A stretch of 60,570 bases of DNA, filler included. It is 6 parts of 6 records of this genome, joined end to end, with 100 filler letters (N's around TTAATTAATTAA, not from the genome) between each part and the next. Parts side by side here need not be neighbours in the genome. Positions count along the whole stretch, not along the records: positions 1 to 13,936 come from DRR723986_13523; 5 more parts are not named here. One strand, given 5' to 3'. The position numbers and the translations under genes are program-made. A model generated the notes under the pieces. That model was not told the origin of the DNA. It searched no databases and saw only the letters and a list, made by a program, of their open reading frames with translations. Shown here piece after piece: positions 1 to 10,580 of this stretch; position 1 is the stretch's first letter; each line of letters begins with the position of its first letter.

Positions 1-969
1 CAATACGTTGTTGACCTGATTGGGAAAATCCGACCGGCCCGTTGCGATGATGGCATCGGGGGCCACCGCCCGCGCAAGATCGGGCAGGATTTCGGGTGTT
101 GGATTGGCAAGGGCAAAGATGATCGGCTGTTTGGTCATTTTGCCAACCATTTCAGGGGACAGCACACCGGGCCCAGACAGACCAAGGAACATATCGGCGT
201 CATGGATCACATCATCCAGCGTGCGCAGATCGGTGGCTTGGGCAAATTCGGCCTTGATCGGGTTCATATCGACCTCGCGGCCCTCATAGACCAACCCGTG
301 AATGTCACAAAGCCAGACGTTCTCTCGTTTCACCCCAAGTTTCAGCAGCATATTCAGGCAAGCAATGCCCGCCGCGCCGCCGCCGGTTGAAACAATCTTG
401 ATATCCTCAAATTTCTTACCCGCCACATGCAGGGCGTTTTTCGCCGCTGCGCCAACAACGATGGCTGTGCCGTGCTGATCATCGTGGAAAACCGGAATGT
501 TCATCCGCTCGCGGCAGATCCGTTCAACGGTAAAGCAATCGGGGGCTTTGATATCTTCGAGGTTGATCGCGCCAAATGTGGGGCCAAGCGCACAGACAAT
601 ATCAGCCAGCTTTTCCGGGTCGCTTTCATCCACTTCGATGTCAAAACAATCAATGCTGGCAAATTTTTTGAACAGGACCGCCTTGCCTTCCATCACCGGT
701 TTGGAGGCCAGCGCACCGATGTTGCCAAGGCCCAGCACCGCAGTGCCATTTGTCACCACCGCAACCAGATTGGCGCGGGAGGTGTAAAGGGCCGCCGTGG
801 CGGGATCGCCCTTGATTTCAAGGCAGGCCTCGGCCACGCCGGGGGAATAGGCCCGTGCCAGATCACGCCCATTGGCCAATGGTTTGGTCGCTCGAATCTC
901 AAGTTTGCCCGGTTTGGGAAAGGCATGATAATCAAGCGCGGCCTGACGGAGATTGGGCTTGTCGGACAT
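1..969 (-). CDS. maeB: NADP-dependent malic enzyme (3' end truncated by window edge)
   Basis: Manual translation from ATG at 969 gives [49 protein letters not shown], the typical MaeB N-terminus. GGAG RBS upstream. Missing from the ORF track because it runs off the edge. Confidence 0.93.
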   Translation of the reverse strand, partial: MSDKPNLRQAALDYHAFPKPGKLEIRATKPLANGRDLARAYSPGVAEACLEIKGDPATAALYTSRANLVAVVTNGTAVLGLGNIGALASKPVMEGKAVLFKKFASIDCFDIEVDESDPEKLADIVCALGPTFGAINLEDIKAPDCFTVERICRERMNIPVFHDDQHGTAIVVGAAAKNALHVAGKKFEDIKIVSTGGGAAGIACLNMLLKLGVKRENVWLCDIHGLVYEGREVDMNPIKAEFAQATDLRTLDDVIHDADMFLGLSGPGVLSPEMVGKMTKQPIIFALANPTPEILPDLARAVAPDAIIATGRSDFPNQVNNVL

Positions 970-1158
970 GAAAAGGCTCCCTAAGAAAAATATGGTTTAG
1001 CGTTAAACTACTTTTTCAATCCAGCCAATACGACATTTCTGCGCACCGATCCGGTTTCACACTTTCTAACAGATCGTAACGGCAAGCGGGTGGATAATCT
1101 GCGCAAATCCATCGTAACCTTATTTTGAGTTTCGAATTTTCCGCAAAAAGAGAGCGCA

Positions 1159-1554
1159 ATGTCACAAGAATTAAGAGCCGCCGCCGTGCAGGTCCGCGAA
1201 AATGCGCATGCCCCTTATTCCAATTTCAAAGTGGGGGCGGCCATCCGCGCGGCATCCGGTGCCGTCTATGTTGGCTGCAATGTTGAAAACGTTGCCTACC
1301 CAGAGGGCACCTGCGCCGAGGCGGGTGCAATTGCCGCAATGGTGGCGGCAGGCGAGACCAAGCTGACCGAAGCCTATGTGGTGGCGGGCAGCGATCTGCC
1401 GGTGACGCCTTGTGGTGGTTGCCGTCAGAAGCTGGCCGAATTTGGCGCGGGCACTGTGCCGGTTACGATGGCGACAACCGCAGGCGTTGAGGAACACACA
1501 ACCTTGGCCGATCTGTTGCCCGGTGCCTTTGCCGCCGCTCATATGGAGGGCTGA
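1159..1554 (+). CDS. cdd: cytidine deaminase
   Basis: APYSNFKVGAA, NVEN, CAE and PCGGCRQ zinc motifs. Confidence 0.96.
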   Translation: MSQELRAAAVQVRENAHAPYSNFKVGAAIRAASGAVYVGCNVENVAYPEGTCAEAGAIAAMVAAGETKLTEAYVVAGSDLPVTPCGGCRQKLAEFGAGTVPVTMATTAGVEEHTTLADLLPGAFAAAHMEG

Positions 1555-2862
1555 ATGACCAACGCCCGCACGATATTGGCCAAACTGCGCCATCAAGAGC
1601 CCTTGGATGCATCCGAATTAGGCTGGTCCGCCGCCGCCCTTGCCAGCGGCGAGATGAGCGCCGCCCAGGCGGGGGCCTTTGCCATGGGGATTTGCCGCAA
1701 TGGTCTGGATGACGCGGGCCGTGTGGCGCTGACGCTGGCGATGCGCGATTCCGGTCAGGTGTTGCAGTGGGATCTGGACGGGCCGGTGCTGGACAAGCAT
1801 TCAACGGGCGGCGTTGGCGATTGCGTGTCGCTGATCCTTGCGCCTGCCTTGGCGGCTTGCGGGGCTTTTGTGCCGATGATCTCGGGGCGCGGCCTTGGTC
1901 ATACAGGCGGCACGCTGGACAAGCTTGAGGCCATTCCGGGTGTGACCACGCAGGTTGAGGAGGCCCGTTTGCACGAGATCGTGGGGCAGGTCGGCTGCGC
2001 CATTGTCGGGGCCACGGGCAACATCGCGCCCGCCGATAAACGGCTTTATGCGGTGCGTGACGTGACCTCGACCGTGGATTCGCTTGATTTGATCACCGCG
2101 TCGATCCTCAGCAAAAAACTGGCGGCCAGCCTTGAAGGTTTGGTGCTGGATGTGAAGGTCGGCAGCGGTGCCTTCATGAAAGACCTGCCAGAGGCGCAGG
2201 CGCTGGCAAAAGCCCTGACCGCGACAGCAAATGCTGCCGGCTGCCGCACAACGGCGGTGATCAGCGATATGAACCAACCTTTGGTGCCCAGCCTTGGCAA
2301 TGCGCTTGAGGTGGCTGAGGTGATGCGCGTTCTGCGCGGCGATGCGCAGGGGCCGATCGTTGACGTCGCGGCGGCGTTGGGCGGGGTTTTGTTGGCCAAT
2401 GGCGGATTGGCGCAGGACGTGCAGGCGGGCGCGGATGCGATTGTGACTGCCATCCGCTCGGGCGCAGCGGCAGAGGTGTTTGGCAAAATGCTGGCCGCCC
2501 TGGGCGGGCCGGTCAGCTTTGTCGAAAACTGGCAACGGTTCCTGCCAGAGGCCACCGTGATCCGCGCGGTCAAGGCCCCCGGCGCGGGCTATGTCACCGC
2601 GATCGACGGTGAGGCGCTTGGCCTTGTTGTGGTGGACTTGGGCGGCGGGCGCAAAATCGAAAGTGATGAAGTGAACCCCGCGGTTGGCCTGTCAGAGGTC
2701 GTGCGGCTGGGCACAAAAGTGTCCAGCGGGCAAACCCTGGCTGTGGTTCATGCCAGCCGGTCAGATCTGGCCGATCAGGCCGCCTCGGCAGTGCAGGCGG
2801 CAATGACGCTGTCGGACACTTCGGCACAGGTGCCGGATTTGATCATTGAAAGGGTGGGCTGA
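1555..2862 (+). CDS. deoA: thymidine phosphorylase
   Basis: DKHSTGGVGD and SGRGLGHTGGTLDKLE motifs. Confidence 0.95.
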   Translation: MTNARTILAKLRHQEPLDASELGWSAAALASGEMSAAQAGAFAMGICRNGLDDAGRVALTLAMRDSGQVLQWDLDGPVLDKHSTGGVGDCVSLILAPALAACGAFVPMISGRGLGHTGGTLDKLEAIPGVTTQVEEARLHEIVGQVGCAIVGATGNIAPADKRLYAVRDVTSTVDSLDLITASILSKKLAASLEGLVLDVKVGSGAFMKDLPEAQALAKALTATANAAGCRTTAVISDMNQPLVPSLGNALEVAEVMRVLRGDAQGPIVDVAAALGGVLLANGGLAQDVQAGADAIVTAIRSGAAAEVFGKMLAALGGPVSFVENWQRFLPEATVIRAVKAPGAGYVTAIDGEALGLVVVDLGGGRKIESDEVNPAVGLSEVVRLGTKVSSGQTLAVVHASRSDLADQAASAVQAAMTLSDTSAQVPDLIIERVG

Positions 2863-4055
2863 TGGCGCGGGCATTTCTGGTGGTGATGGACAGTGTCGGC
2901 ATTGGCGGTGCGCCAGATGCCGATCAGTTTTTCAATGGGGATCATCCTGACACCGGTGCCAATACGTTGGGCCATATCGCAGAGGCCTGTGCGGCAGGCC
3001 AAGCCGAAGAGGGGCGCAGCGGGCCGCTCCAATTGCCGGTGCTGTCCTCGCTAGGTCTTGGCGCGGCAGTGAAACTGGCCAGCGGTCTGGATCTGCCGGA
3101 CCTGCATGCAGGGATCAAAGGCGGCTGGGGCGCGGCCACCGAAGTGTCACGCGGCAAGGATACGCCATCGGGGCATTGGGAGTTGGCCGGGCTTCCCGTG
3201 CCATGGGATTGGCATTACTTCCCCGATGAAACGCCGGCCTTTCCCGATCACATCTCCGCGCATCTGGCTCAAATGGCCGGAACCGACGGGATCTTGGGCA
3301 ATTGTCACGCCTCTGGCACAGCGGTCATTGCCGATCTGGGCGCAGAGCATTGCCAGACAGGCTGGCCGATCTGCTACACCTCTGCGGATTCCGTTTTGCA
3401 GATTGCCGCGCATGAGGATCACTTTGGGCTTGAGCGGCTGTTGGATCTTTGCCGCGCGGTTGCGCCGATGCTGCATGAGATGAAAGTTGGCCGCGTGATC
3501 GCGCGGCCTTTTGTTGGCGATGCCACCGGCGGATTTGAGCGCACTGCCAACCGCCGTGATTTTGCCATTGTTCCGCCCAAGCCGGTGTTGACCAATTGGG
3601 TGCAAGACGCAGGCGGCAAGGTCTATGGCATTGGCAAGATTGGCGATATTTTCTCGATGCAGGGCATTGATGAGGTCCGCAAAGGGCGCGACGCGGTATT
3701 GATGGAGCATTTGAGCGATCTGGTTGATGAGGTCGAAGAGGGGTCTTTTACCTTTGCCAATTTTGTCGAGTTTGACAGCGAATATGGCCATCGCCGCGAT
3801 GTGTCCGGCTATGCCCGCGCGCTGGAATGGTTCGACCGCGAGATCGGACAGATCATCGCGCGTCTGGGGCCGGGTGACTTGATGGTATTGACCGCCGATC
3901 ACGGCAATGACCCGACATGGATCGGCACCGATCACACCCGTGAGCGGGTTCCTGTACTGGTGACGGGCGGGGCGCAGGGGCCGCTGGGGCAGATCGGCTT
4001 TGCCGATGTGGCGCAGTTGGTGGCTGAGCATTTGGGCGTTGCGGCCCAGACTTAA
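2862..4055 (+). CDS. deoB: phosphopentomutase
   Basis: VMDSVGIG, GKDTPSGHWE, YGHRRD, TADHGNDPT and DHTRE motifs. Confidence 0.96.
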   Translation: MARAFLVVMDSVGIGGAPDADQFFNGDHPDTGANTLGHIAEACAAGQAEEGRSGPLQLPVLSSLGLGAAVKLASGLDLPDLHAGIKGGWGAATEVSRGKDTPSGHWELAGLPVPWDWHYFPDETPAFPDHISAHLAQMAGTDGILGNCHASGTAVIADLGAEHCQTGWPICYTSADSVLQIAAHEDHFGLERLLDLCRAVAPMLHEMKVGRVIARPFVGDATGGFERTANRRDFAIVPPKPVLTNWVQDAGGKVYGIGKIGDIFSMQGIDEVRKGRDAVLMEHLSDLVDEVEEGSFTFANFVEFDSEYGHRRDVSGYARALEWFDREIGQIIARLGPGDLMVLTADHGNDPTWIGTDHTRERVPVLVTGGAQGPLGQIGFADVAQLVAEHLGVAAQT

Positions 4056-4064
4056 AGGGCGGCT

Positions 4065-4125
4065 TGGGGGCCAGCCCCCACCGGCAAAGCCGGTCCCCCC
4101 GGAGTATTTTTGGCCAAAAAGGCAG
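4065..4125. repeat. palindromic intergenic element (Roseobacter-type dispersed repeat)
   Basis: Three stacked palindromes: TGGGGG-CCAG-CCCCCA, CCGGC-AAA-GCCGG and TTTTTGGCCAAAAA, with a CCCCCCGGAGTATTTT core. Confidence 0.55.
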
Positions 4126-4190
4126 GGGCGCCGCGCTTGCGGTGGCGGGCGTTTCGGGCCAAAAGACATGTAAACCAAAGGAGCTGCCCC

Positions 4191-4832
4191 ATGTCCCATG
4201 CCGCCGACCATCTGACCGTTGTTGATCACCCTCTGGTGCAGCACAAATTGACCATTATGCGCGACAAGGGCACGCCAACGGCGGTGTTCCGTCAGTTGTT
4301 GCGCGAGATCAGCCAGTTGTTGGCCTATGAGGTCACACGCGGTCTGCCGATGACCACCAAAGAGATCGAGACCCCGATGCAGACCATGAGCGCACCAACG
4401 CTGGATGGCAAAAAGCTGGCGTTGATTTCGATCCTGCGGGCGGGCAATGGTCTGCTTGATGGCGTGCTTGAGCTGATCCCGTCTGCGCGGGTTGGGTTTG
4501 TCGGCCTTTACCGTGATGAGGAAACGCTCAAGCCGGTGCAATATTATTTCAAGGTGCCTGAGGCGCTAGATGATCGCTTGGTGATTGCCGTTGATCCGAT
4601 GTTGGCGACGGGCAATTCGTCAGTTGCGGCGATTGATCTGCTGAAAAAGGCAGGCGCCACGAACATTCGGTTCCTGTGTCTTTTGGCAGCGCCTGAAGGT
4701 GTGGCGCGGATGCGTGAGGCGCACCCGGATGTGCCGATTGTGACGGCAGCGCTGGATGAGAAGCTCAATGAGGTTGGCTATATTGTGCCGGGCCTTGGGG
4801 ATGCGGGCGACCGGATGTTCGGGACCAAGTAA
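4191..4832 (+). CDS. upp: uracil phosphoribosyltransferase
   Basis: [23 protein letters not shown] and PGLGDAGDR motifs. Start moved to ATG 4191 behind an AAGGAG RBS. Confidence 0.96.
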   Translation: MSHAADHLTVVDHPLVQHKLTIMRDKGTPTAVFRQLLREISQLLAYEVTRGLPMTTKEIETPMQTMSAPTLDGKKLALISILRAGNGLLDGVLELIPSARVGFVGLYRDEETLKPVQYYFKVPEALDDRLVIAVDPMLATGNSSVAAIDLLKKAGATNIRFLCLLAAPEGVARMREAHPDVPIVTAALDEKLNEVGYIVPGLGDAGDRMFGTK

Positions 4833-4929
4833 TCTGGCCTGTGCTTTCACGCGTTGCGTGTATTTCTGACCCTAGACTTGGGCGGTTTGCTGGTGCATTC
4901 TGACAACATCTTGTGTGTGGGGGCACGTT

Positions 4930-6087
4930 ATGAAGATCATCAGATTGTGTGCAGTCTCTGCTTTGGCCAGTGTCCTTGGCCTGAGCGTTGTTCAGGCCCA
5001 GACCGGCGAGCGACAACCGACAGAGTTTCCGCCCGACAGCTATAAGGGCAAGCAATACGTCGACAGCGACGGCTGTGTCTTTATCCGTGCGGGCATTGAC
5101 GGCAACGTGTCCTGGGTGCCGCGCGTCACCCGCGATCGCAAAATCGTTTGCGGATTTGCACCCAGCCTGCCATCGCAGGTGGCCAGTGCCGAAGTGGTCC
5201 CGGAAGAGACCGAAGTGGCCGCAGCCGCGCCTGAGACCTCGCCATCCCCCGTGGTGAAGCCGGCGGTGCGCACTGCCAAGGCCAAGGCCAAACCGCGCCG
5301 CAAAGCACCTATTGTGCGCCGCCAGACCGCGCCCAAGCCGGTTGCCGTGGCATCCGTTGATGTGTTCCCGAAACCGCCTGTAAAACTGCGCACCGCAGCG
5401 TCAGGGCGGGTTGAGATCACCCCGCAAACCCGCATCGCGCCCGTTCATGTTGTGGCCAACCGGGTCAACACCCGTAACGTCACGATCCCGCGTGGCTATC
5501 GGCGGGTTTGGGATGATGACCGTTTGAACCCGCACCGCGCCGAACAGAACCTTGACGGGCGCAACGACATGTTGCTGGTCTGGACCCAGACCGTGCCGCG
5601 CCGGTTGATTGATCAGCGCAGCGGGCGGGACATGACGGCCAGTGTGCCGCTTGTTTATCCATACGTTGATATTGCCAACCAACAGCAGAGGCTGGGTGAG
5701 GTCACCCTTGTTGAGAAAGACGGCCAGCGGATGAAACGGATCATTCGCAATCAAAGGCCGGTCGCCGCTCTGCGCCCGCCGGTTTTGTCGTCGCGTTCCG
5801 CGCCCAAGGCGCCTTTGGCCAAACCGCAGGCCCGCGTTGCGCCCAAGGTGGCAGACACCGGGGTCCGCTACGTTCAGATTGGTCTTTTCACCACTCCGGC
5901 CAAGGCTAAGGCTGCCGCGCAGCGGATTGCGCGAATGGGGATGCCCGCCCGTATCGGCAAGAAACGGCAGGGCGGAAAGCTGTATAGCATGGTTCAGGCC
6001 GGACCTTTTGCCGGACAGGCCGCTGCGCAAGTGGCGCAAAAGAAGGTTGTCGGCGCCGGTTATGATGGCCGCGTGCTGCGCGACTGA
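4930..6087 (+). CDS. SPOR-domain (peptidoglycan-binding) secreted protein
   Basis: Signal peptide, conserved PTEFPP..YKGKQYVDSDGCVFIRAG block, C-terminal YVQIGLF...VQAGPF SPOR domain. Confidence 0.8.
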   Translation: MKIIRLCAVSALASVLGLSVVQAQTGERQPTEFPPDSYKGKQYVDSDGCVFIRAGIDGNVSWVPRVTRDRKIVCGFAPSLPSQVASAEVVPEETEVAAAAPETSPSPVVKPAVRTAKAKAKPRRKAPIVRRQTAPKPVAVASVDVFPKPPVKLRTAASGRVEITPQTRIAPVHVVANRVNTRNVTIPRGYRRVWDDDRLNPHRAEQNLDGRNDMLLVWTQTVPRRLIDQRSGRDMTASVPLVYPYVDIANQQQRLGEVTLVEKDGQRMKRIIRNQRPVAALRPPVLSSRSAPKAPLAKPQARVAPKVADTGVRYVQIGLFTTPAKAKAAAQRIARMGMPARIGKKRQGGKLYSMVQAGPFAGQAAAQVAQKKVVGAGYDGRVLRD

Positions 6088-6812
6088 TCGGGCCTTGATC
6101 GTGAGAACTTTGGCCAGTCGGCGATGATCCGGCTGGCCATTTCTTTGGCCCATAGCGTGTTAAGCTGTGCATTGGGGTGAAACCCGTCAGAGGCCATTAG
6201 CGCCGGATCAGGTGGCAGGTCAAACGGCACATAGGTCAAATCGGGGGTTGCGGCAGCATGGCGCTGCATCGTGGTCTCAAAAGCCTGAGCATGGCGGCCA
6301 AGGGTCCAGCGCAGGGGCTGTGGCAGTAACGGAAAGGCCCCCATAGGAGGAACACCAGACAGGTAAATCTGGTGGGGATCGTGCCGTTTTCTGAGATCGT
6401 CAAACAGGGCCATTTGTTGGCCCAGCCATGCCCGGCGCGGCAGCAGACGGGTCACATCGTTCACGCCCAAAGCGGTGACAATGATATCGGCAGGCGCCGC
6501 CGCTGTGTGTTGCAGGCGCATTCGTGTGCTTTTTGTGGTTGCTCCGCTTGCTGCATCGAGATGCCAGGAAACCGTGAACCGGCTGGCGAGGGCGGTGGCC
6601 AGTTGGCCGCTGAGGGCGTCACTCTGCGTCTGCACGCCAACTCCGGCGGCGGAGCTGTCACCGATGATCCGCAGGCGCAGGGGCGGGCCACTGCCCAGCA
6701 CGCCCGATCTTTGCCCTGCCGCTTCGGGCAGACGCTGGGCGATGCGCCTGACCTTGAGCGCCTGCGTGATGAGCAATGGGGACAGGGCCACGCGGGCCAG
6801 CGTGTCCAGCAT
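6060..6812 (-). CDS. SGNH/GDSL hydrolase
   Basis: IIGDSSAAG, LGVND and DGFHP blocks. Confidence 0.9.
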   Translation of the reverse strand: MLDTLARVALSPLLITQALKVRRIAQRLPEAAGQRSGVLGSGPPLRLRIIGDSSAAGVGVQTQSDALSGQLATALASRFTVSWHLDAASGATTKSTRMRLQHTAAAPADIIVTALGVNDVTRLLPRRAWLGQQMALFDDLRKRHDPHQIYLSGVPPMGAFPLLPQPLRWTLGRHAQAFETTMQRHAAATPDLTYVPFDLPPDPALMASDGFHPNAQLNTLWAKEMASRIIADWPKFSRSRPDQSRSTRPS

Positions 6813-6816
6813 CCGT

Positions 6817-7830
6817 TTACCCGCCGCAGATGTTTTGCAGGCGCAGCCAGTTGGCGTCAGACATCAAAGGCTCGGTCAGTTTGCCATTCATTGGATCGCC
6901 TTCGATCAGGTGCAGGACCGTTTCGCCGGTGATGTCGCGGGCATAGGCGTAGGGCGTGCTGCGCAGCTCTGCCGCGCCAAAACGGGCCAGCTGCGCAGCC
7001 ACATCCGGTGCGTCAGGGGGCGTCGTGGTCAGGTGTTCGGCATAGGTGGCAAGCGCGGCAGGGGCAACATCGCCGGTGGTCAAAAGGCGGAAGTTTTCGC
7101 GGATGCCGACGACCTCAAGCAGGTCGCGCAGCGGGTCTTTGGCGGCGCGGCGGGTCATCTCCGTCAGGATGTATCCGGCAGCCACGTCCGGCTCTTCCCA
7201 GTCTTCGACCACGTCGCGGTCGAGCACAATTACCCCGCCGGGCAGGTGCAGGCTGTGCTGTGGCATTTCGGGCAGGATCGCCAGTTTGCCTGCGCCGAGC
7301 CGCTTGGACAGCAGGCCAAGGGCGACCAGCCCGCTGGTGTCGGTGCATCGCGTGCCAGAGACACGTTCGATCCGTTTCAGAATCTCTGCCCCGATGGCGG
7401 CGCGTTTGACCTTTGGCACCACACGCAAGGTGTGATCCTGCATCGCGCCGGGCAACCAGAACAGCGCCAGCGCCAGAACCACAATCACCGAAGCCAGAAC
7501 CCCAAGCCACCGCAGCCGTCCCGGTTTGGGGCGGCTTTTGTGGATGCGGCGGCGCAGCTTTTCGATTCCCGCGACCATCTCGGTCTCGTTCTCTGGCAGC
7601 TCTAACGTCTCGCCCGGATCGCCGTCAGGGTGATATAGCGCGGGCACCTCTTCGGGGTTGGCCCGCTCCACCGCGGCGATGGACCAATGCGCAAGGGGCT
7701 GATCTTTCATATCCGTCAACGTCAGGGTGGCATCACCCAAAGACACGATCACCTCGCGCCGCTGGGCGTCAGGGCTGGCACGCCACAGGCCCGTCGCTTC
7801 GAGACGGGCATATTCTCTGAGGGCGGTCAT
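6817..7830 (-). CDS. conserved membrane protein, degenerate M48-peptidase-like
   Basis: One TM helix, then HLPGGVIVL and AAGYILTE where M48 peptidases have HEXXH. Confidence 0.6.
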   Translation of the reverse strand: MTALREYARLEATGLWRASPDAQRREVIVSLGDATLTLTDMKDQPLAHWSIAAVERANPEEVPALYHPDGDPGETLELPENETEMVAGIEKLRRRIHKSRPKPGRLRWLGVLASVIVVLALALFWLPGAMQDHTLRVVPKVKRAAIGAEILKRIERVSGTRCTDTSGLVALGLLSKRLGAGKLAILPEMPQHSLHLPGGVIVLDRDVVEDWEEPDVAAGYILTEMTRRAAKDPLRDLLEVVGIRENFRLLTTGDVAPAALATYAEHLTTTPPDAPDVAAQLARFGAAELRSTPYAYARDITGETVLHLIEGDPMNGKLTEPLMSDANWLRLQNICGG

Positions 7831-7920
7831 GGGTTTGCTGCACTGCCTTTGTTATCTGATCAATTTAACACAGCAGCGCAGTGGGGCAATGGGCAGAGTG
7901 CGCCCCTTGCCCCGCGAGGA

Positions 7921-9552
7921 TCAGCGCAAATGGCCCGCTATGGTGCGCAGCTCGAACTTCTGGATCTTGCCTGTAGATGTTTTGGGAAGGTCCTGAAAGA
8001 TAACCCTTTTTGGCGCTTTGAAACCTGCAAGCGTTTGCCGGACAAAAGCAATCAAAGCCACTTCATCGCCTTGCGCGCCCGGTTTCAGTTCCACAAAGGC
8101 ACAAGGCACCTCGCCCCATTTCTCATCCGGTTTGGCGACCACAGCGGCAAGATTGACGTCAGGGTGTTCCATCAGCACGCCCTCCACCTCGACGGAAGAG
8201 ATGTTTTCACCACCCGAGATGATGATGTCTTTGGCGCGGTCCGCGATCTGGATGTAGCCGTCATCATGTTGCACGGCCAGATCGCCGGAATGGAAGTATC
8301 CGCCGGCAAAGGCTTCGGCGGTGGCATCTGGGTTCTTGAGATACCCTTTCATCACCGAATTGCCACGGATCATGATCTCGCCCTGCGTGGTGCCATCACG
8401 GGGGATCTGGCGGATCTGGCTGTCGGTGACGGTGATGTGGTCCATCATCGGCATGGCAACACCCTGACGGGCCTTGATCGCGGCGCGGGCGGATTGATCA
8501 AGGCTTTCCCAATCCTCGCTACGCCACAGGCATTCGGTGACGTGACCATAGGTTTCGGTAAGGCCGTAGACTTGCGTCACGTTAAAGCCCAGCTTTTCAA
8601 TCTTGGACAGGGTGGCCGGGGCAGGGGGCGCACCGGCGGTAAAAACCTCGACCTGATGGTCAAAGCTGCGGCGTTCCTTGTCGGAGGCGTTTACCACCAT
8701 GTTCAAAACGATAGGCGCGCCGCCAAAATGGGTGACCCCTTCGTCCGCGATGGCATTGTAGATCGCCCCGGCCGTCACATCGCGGCAGCAGACCAATGTC
8801 CCGCCGATCAGCGGCATCATCCATGTGTGGTTCCAACCGTTGCAATGAAACAGCGGCACGATCTGCATGAACACCGGATGCAGGACCATCCGCCACGAGA
8901 TCACGGTGCCCATGGTCATCAGATAAGCGCCGCGGTGGTGGTAAACCACGCCCTTGGGCCGCCCGGTGGTGCCTGAGGTGTAATTGAGCGCGAGGCTTTC
9001 CCATTCGTCCTGTGGCATGTGCCAGGCAAATTCCACGTTGCCCGTTTTCAGGAAATCCTCGTATTGGGGATGGCGACCGGAAGGTTTGTGCCGTGAATTG
9101 GCATCAACCACTTCGATGATCTTAGGCGGGGCGCCATCCATCAATGCGGCGGCGGTTTCGGCCAGATCCATAAATTCGCTGTCCACCAACAGAACTTTGG
9201 CCCCGCCGTGATCAAAGATATAGGCAACCGTTCCGGCATCCAGACGGGTGTTGATGGTGTTCAGAACAGCGCCGCAGGCCGGAACGCCAAAATGCGCCTC
9301 GGCCTGTGCGGGCAAGTTGGGGATCAGGGTCGCCACAACATCGCCCGCTTTCACGCCCAGGCCCACCAACGCAGAGGCCAGCCGCGTGCAACGCTCGTAG
9401 TATTCGCCATAATTCACGCGGTGATCGCCATAGACCACCGCCGTACGCGCCGGAAACACCTCAGCGGCACGGCGCAGATGCGACAGCGGCGTCAGGGGCA
9501 CATAATTGGCGGCGCATTTGTCCAGCCCGGTTTCATCCTGCATCCAACCCAT
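7921..9552 (-). CDS. AMP-binding acyl-CoA synthetase
   Basis: YTSGTTGRPKG, YGLTE, FHSGD and TSTGKIQK motifs. Start trimmed to MGWMQDE. Confidence 0.92.
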   Translation of the reverse strand: MGWMQDETGLDKCAANYVPLTPLSHLRRAAEVFPARTAVVYGDHRVNYGEYYERCTRLASALVGLGVKAGDVVATLIPNLPAQAEAHFGVPACGAVLNTINTRLDAGTVAYIFDHGGAKVLLVDSEFMDLAETAAALMDGAPPKIIEVVDANSRHKPSGRHPQYEDFLKTGNVEFAWHMPQDEWESLALNYTSGTTGRPKGVVYHHRGAYLMTMGTVISWRMVLHPVFMQIVPLFHCNGWNHTWMMPLIGGTLVCCRDVTAGAIYNAIADEGVTHFGGAPIVLNMVVNASDKERRSFDHQVEVFTAGAPPAPATLSKIEKLGFNVTQVYGLTETYGHVTECLWRSEDWESLDQSARAAIKARQGVAMPMMDHITVTDSQIRQIPRDGTTQGEIMIRGNSVMKGYLKNPDATAEAFAGGYFHSGDLAVQHDDGYIQIADRAKDIIISGGENISSVEVEGVLMEHPDVNLAAVVAKPDEKWGEVPCAFVELKPGAQGDEVALIAFVRQTLAGFKAPKRVIFQDLPKTSTGKIQKFELRTIAGHLR

Positions 9553-9644
9553 GACCTGTCTCCCCGAATTCATGTCGCTTTGGGGGTTGAATATTGCTGG
9601 CTGTGCGTGACTTTGGAAGGGCTGATTTTCACAAAGGGACGCAA

Positions 9645-10571
9645 GTGAACGAACAATCGACAAAGCCCGCGCTGGCCGCGATCTCTGTGCTGGGCGGAAT
9701 GGCGGCGCTTGGGCTGACGGACAATTTCGTGCCGCATATCTCGGAACGCGGATCACTTTGGCAGTTCCACCTCGTGCGCTCGGTGATGGCCTTTGTGGTC
9801 TTGGGGGCTGTGGTGGCTTTCGGCTATGGCAGTTTGCGGGCCAAGCGGCCCATCGCGGTGCTGGGGCGCAGCCTGTCTCAAGCCGGTGCAATGCTGATCT
9901 ATTTTGGGTGCCTGTCCGTGTTGCCGATTGGTGTGGTGGTGGCGGGGCTGTTCACATCGCCGCTGTTTGTGGTGCTGATCTCGATCCTGTTTCAAGGCAA
10001 GTCCGTGGGCCTGTTTCGCTGGACAGCGGTGGTGATTGGCTTTGTCGGCGCTTTGATGGTGATCCGCCCCGATCCTTCCGCGCTGGACCCGATCAGTTTC
10101 CTGCCCATCGTGGCGGGGTTGCTTTACGCTATTGGCGCAGTGGCCACGCGGGCGTGGTGCGAGGGGGAAAGCACGTTGATCCTGACCGCCGGATTCTTCG
10201 GAATGCTGGGTGTGTTTGGCCTTATTGGGGTGTTTGTTGTCTCTGGCGAGGCACCGGCAGGGCACGATGGTTTTGTGCTGCGCTCCTGGGGGCCGCTGGA
10301 CGCCGAGATGCTGTTCTGGTTCGCGGTGCAGGCGGTTGGATCGCTCATCGGGATCGGCTTGATCTTTCGCGGCTATTTGTTGGGAGAGGCCAGTCATGTG
10401 GCCGTCTTTGAATATTCGCTGTTGGTCTTCGCCAGCTTTTGGGCATGGGTTCTTTGGGATCAAACAGTGCCGGTGTTGGGGCTGTTTGGCATGGTCTTGA
10501 TCGCCCTTGCGGGCAGCATTATCGCCCTACGCAGCACTGCCCCGGTTGGCGCGGGCCGGGTGCCGGAATAG
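9645..10571 (+). CDS. DMT/EamA family transporter
   Basis: About 10 hydrophobic segments, FTSPLF and FEYSLL motifs, probable GTG start at 9645. Confidence 0.85.
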   Translation: MNEQSTKPALAAISVLGGMAALGLTDNFVPHISERGSLWQFHLVRSVMAFVVLGAVVAFGYGSLRAKRPIAVLGRSLSQAGAMLIYFGCLSVLPIGVVVAGLFTSPLFVVLISILFQGKSVGLFRWTAVVIGFVGALMVIRPDPSALDPISFLPIVAGLLYAIGAVATRAWCEGESTLILTAGFFGMLGVFGLIGVFVVSGEAPAGHDGFVLRSWGPLDAEMLFWFAVQAVGSLIGIGLIFRGYLLGEASHVAVFEYSLLVFASFWAWVLWDQTVPVLGLFGMVLIALAGSIIALRSTAPVGAGRVPE

Positions 10572-10580
10572 GATGCGCAT

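Noticed and set aside
4110-4190. N-terminal extensions in the ORF track (upp, acyl-CoA synthetase, cytochrome c4, hpsO, hpsP, thiX-like, usp and others)
   Set aside because: Downstream ATG/GTG codons, most with an RBS or stop-start overlap, match the family N-termini. The extensions are longest-ORF artefacts.
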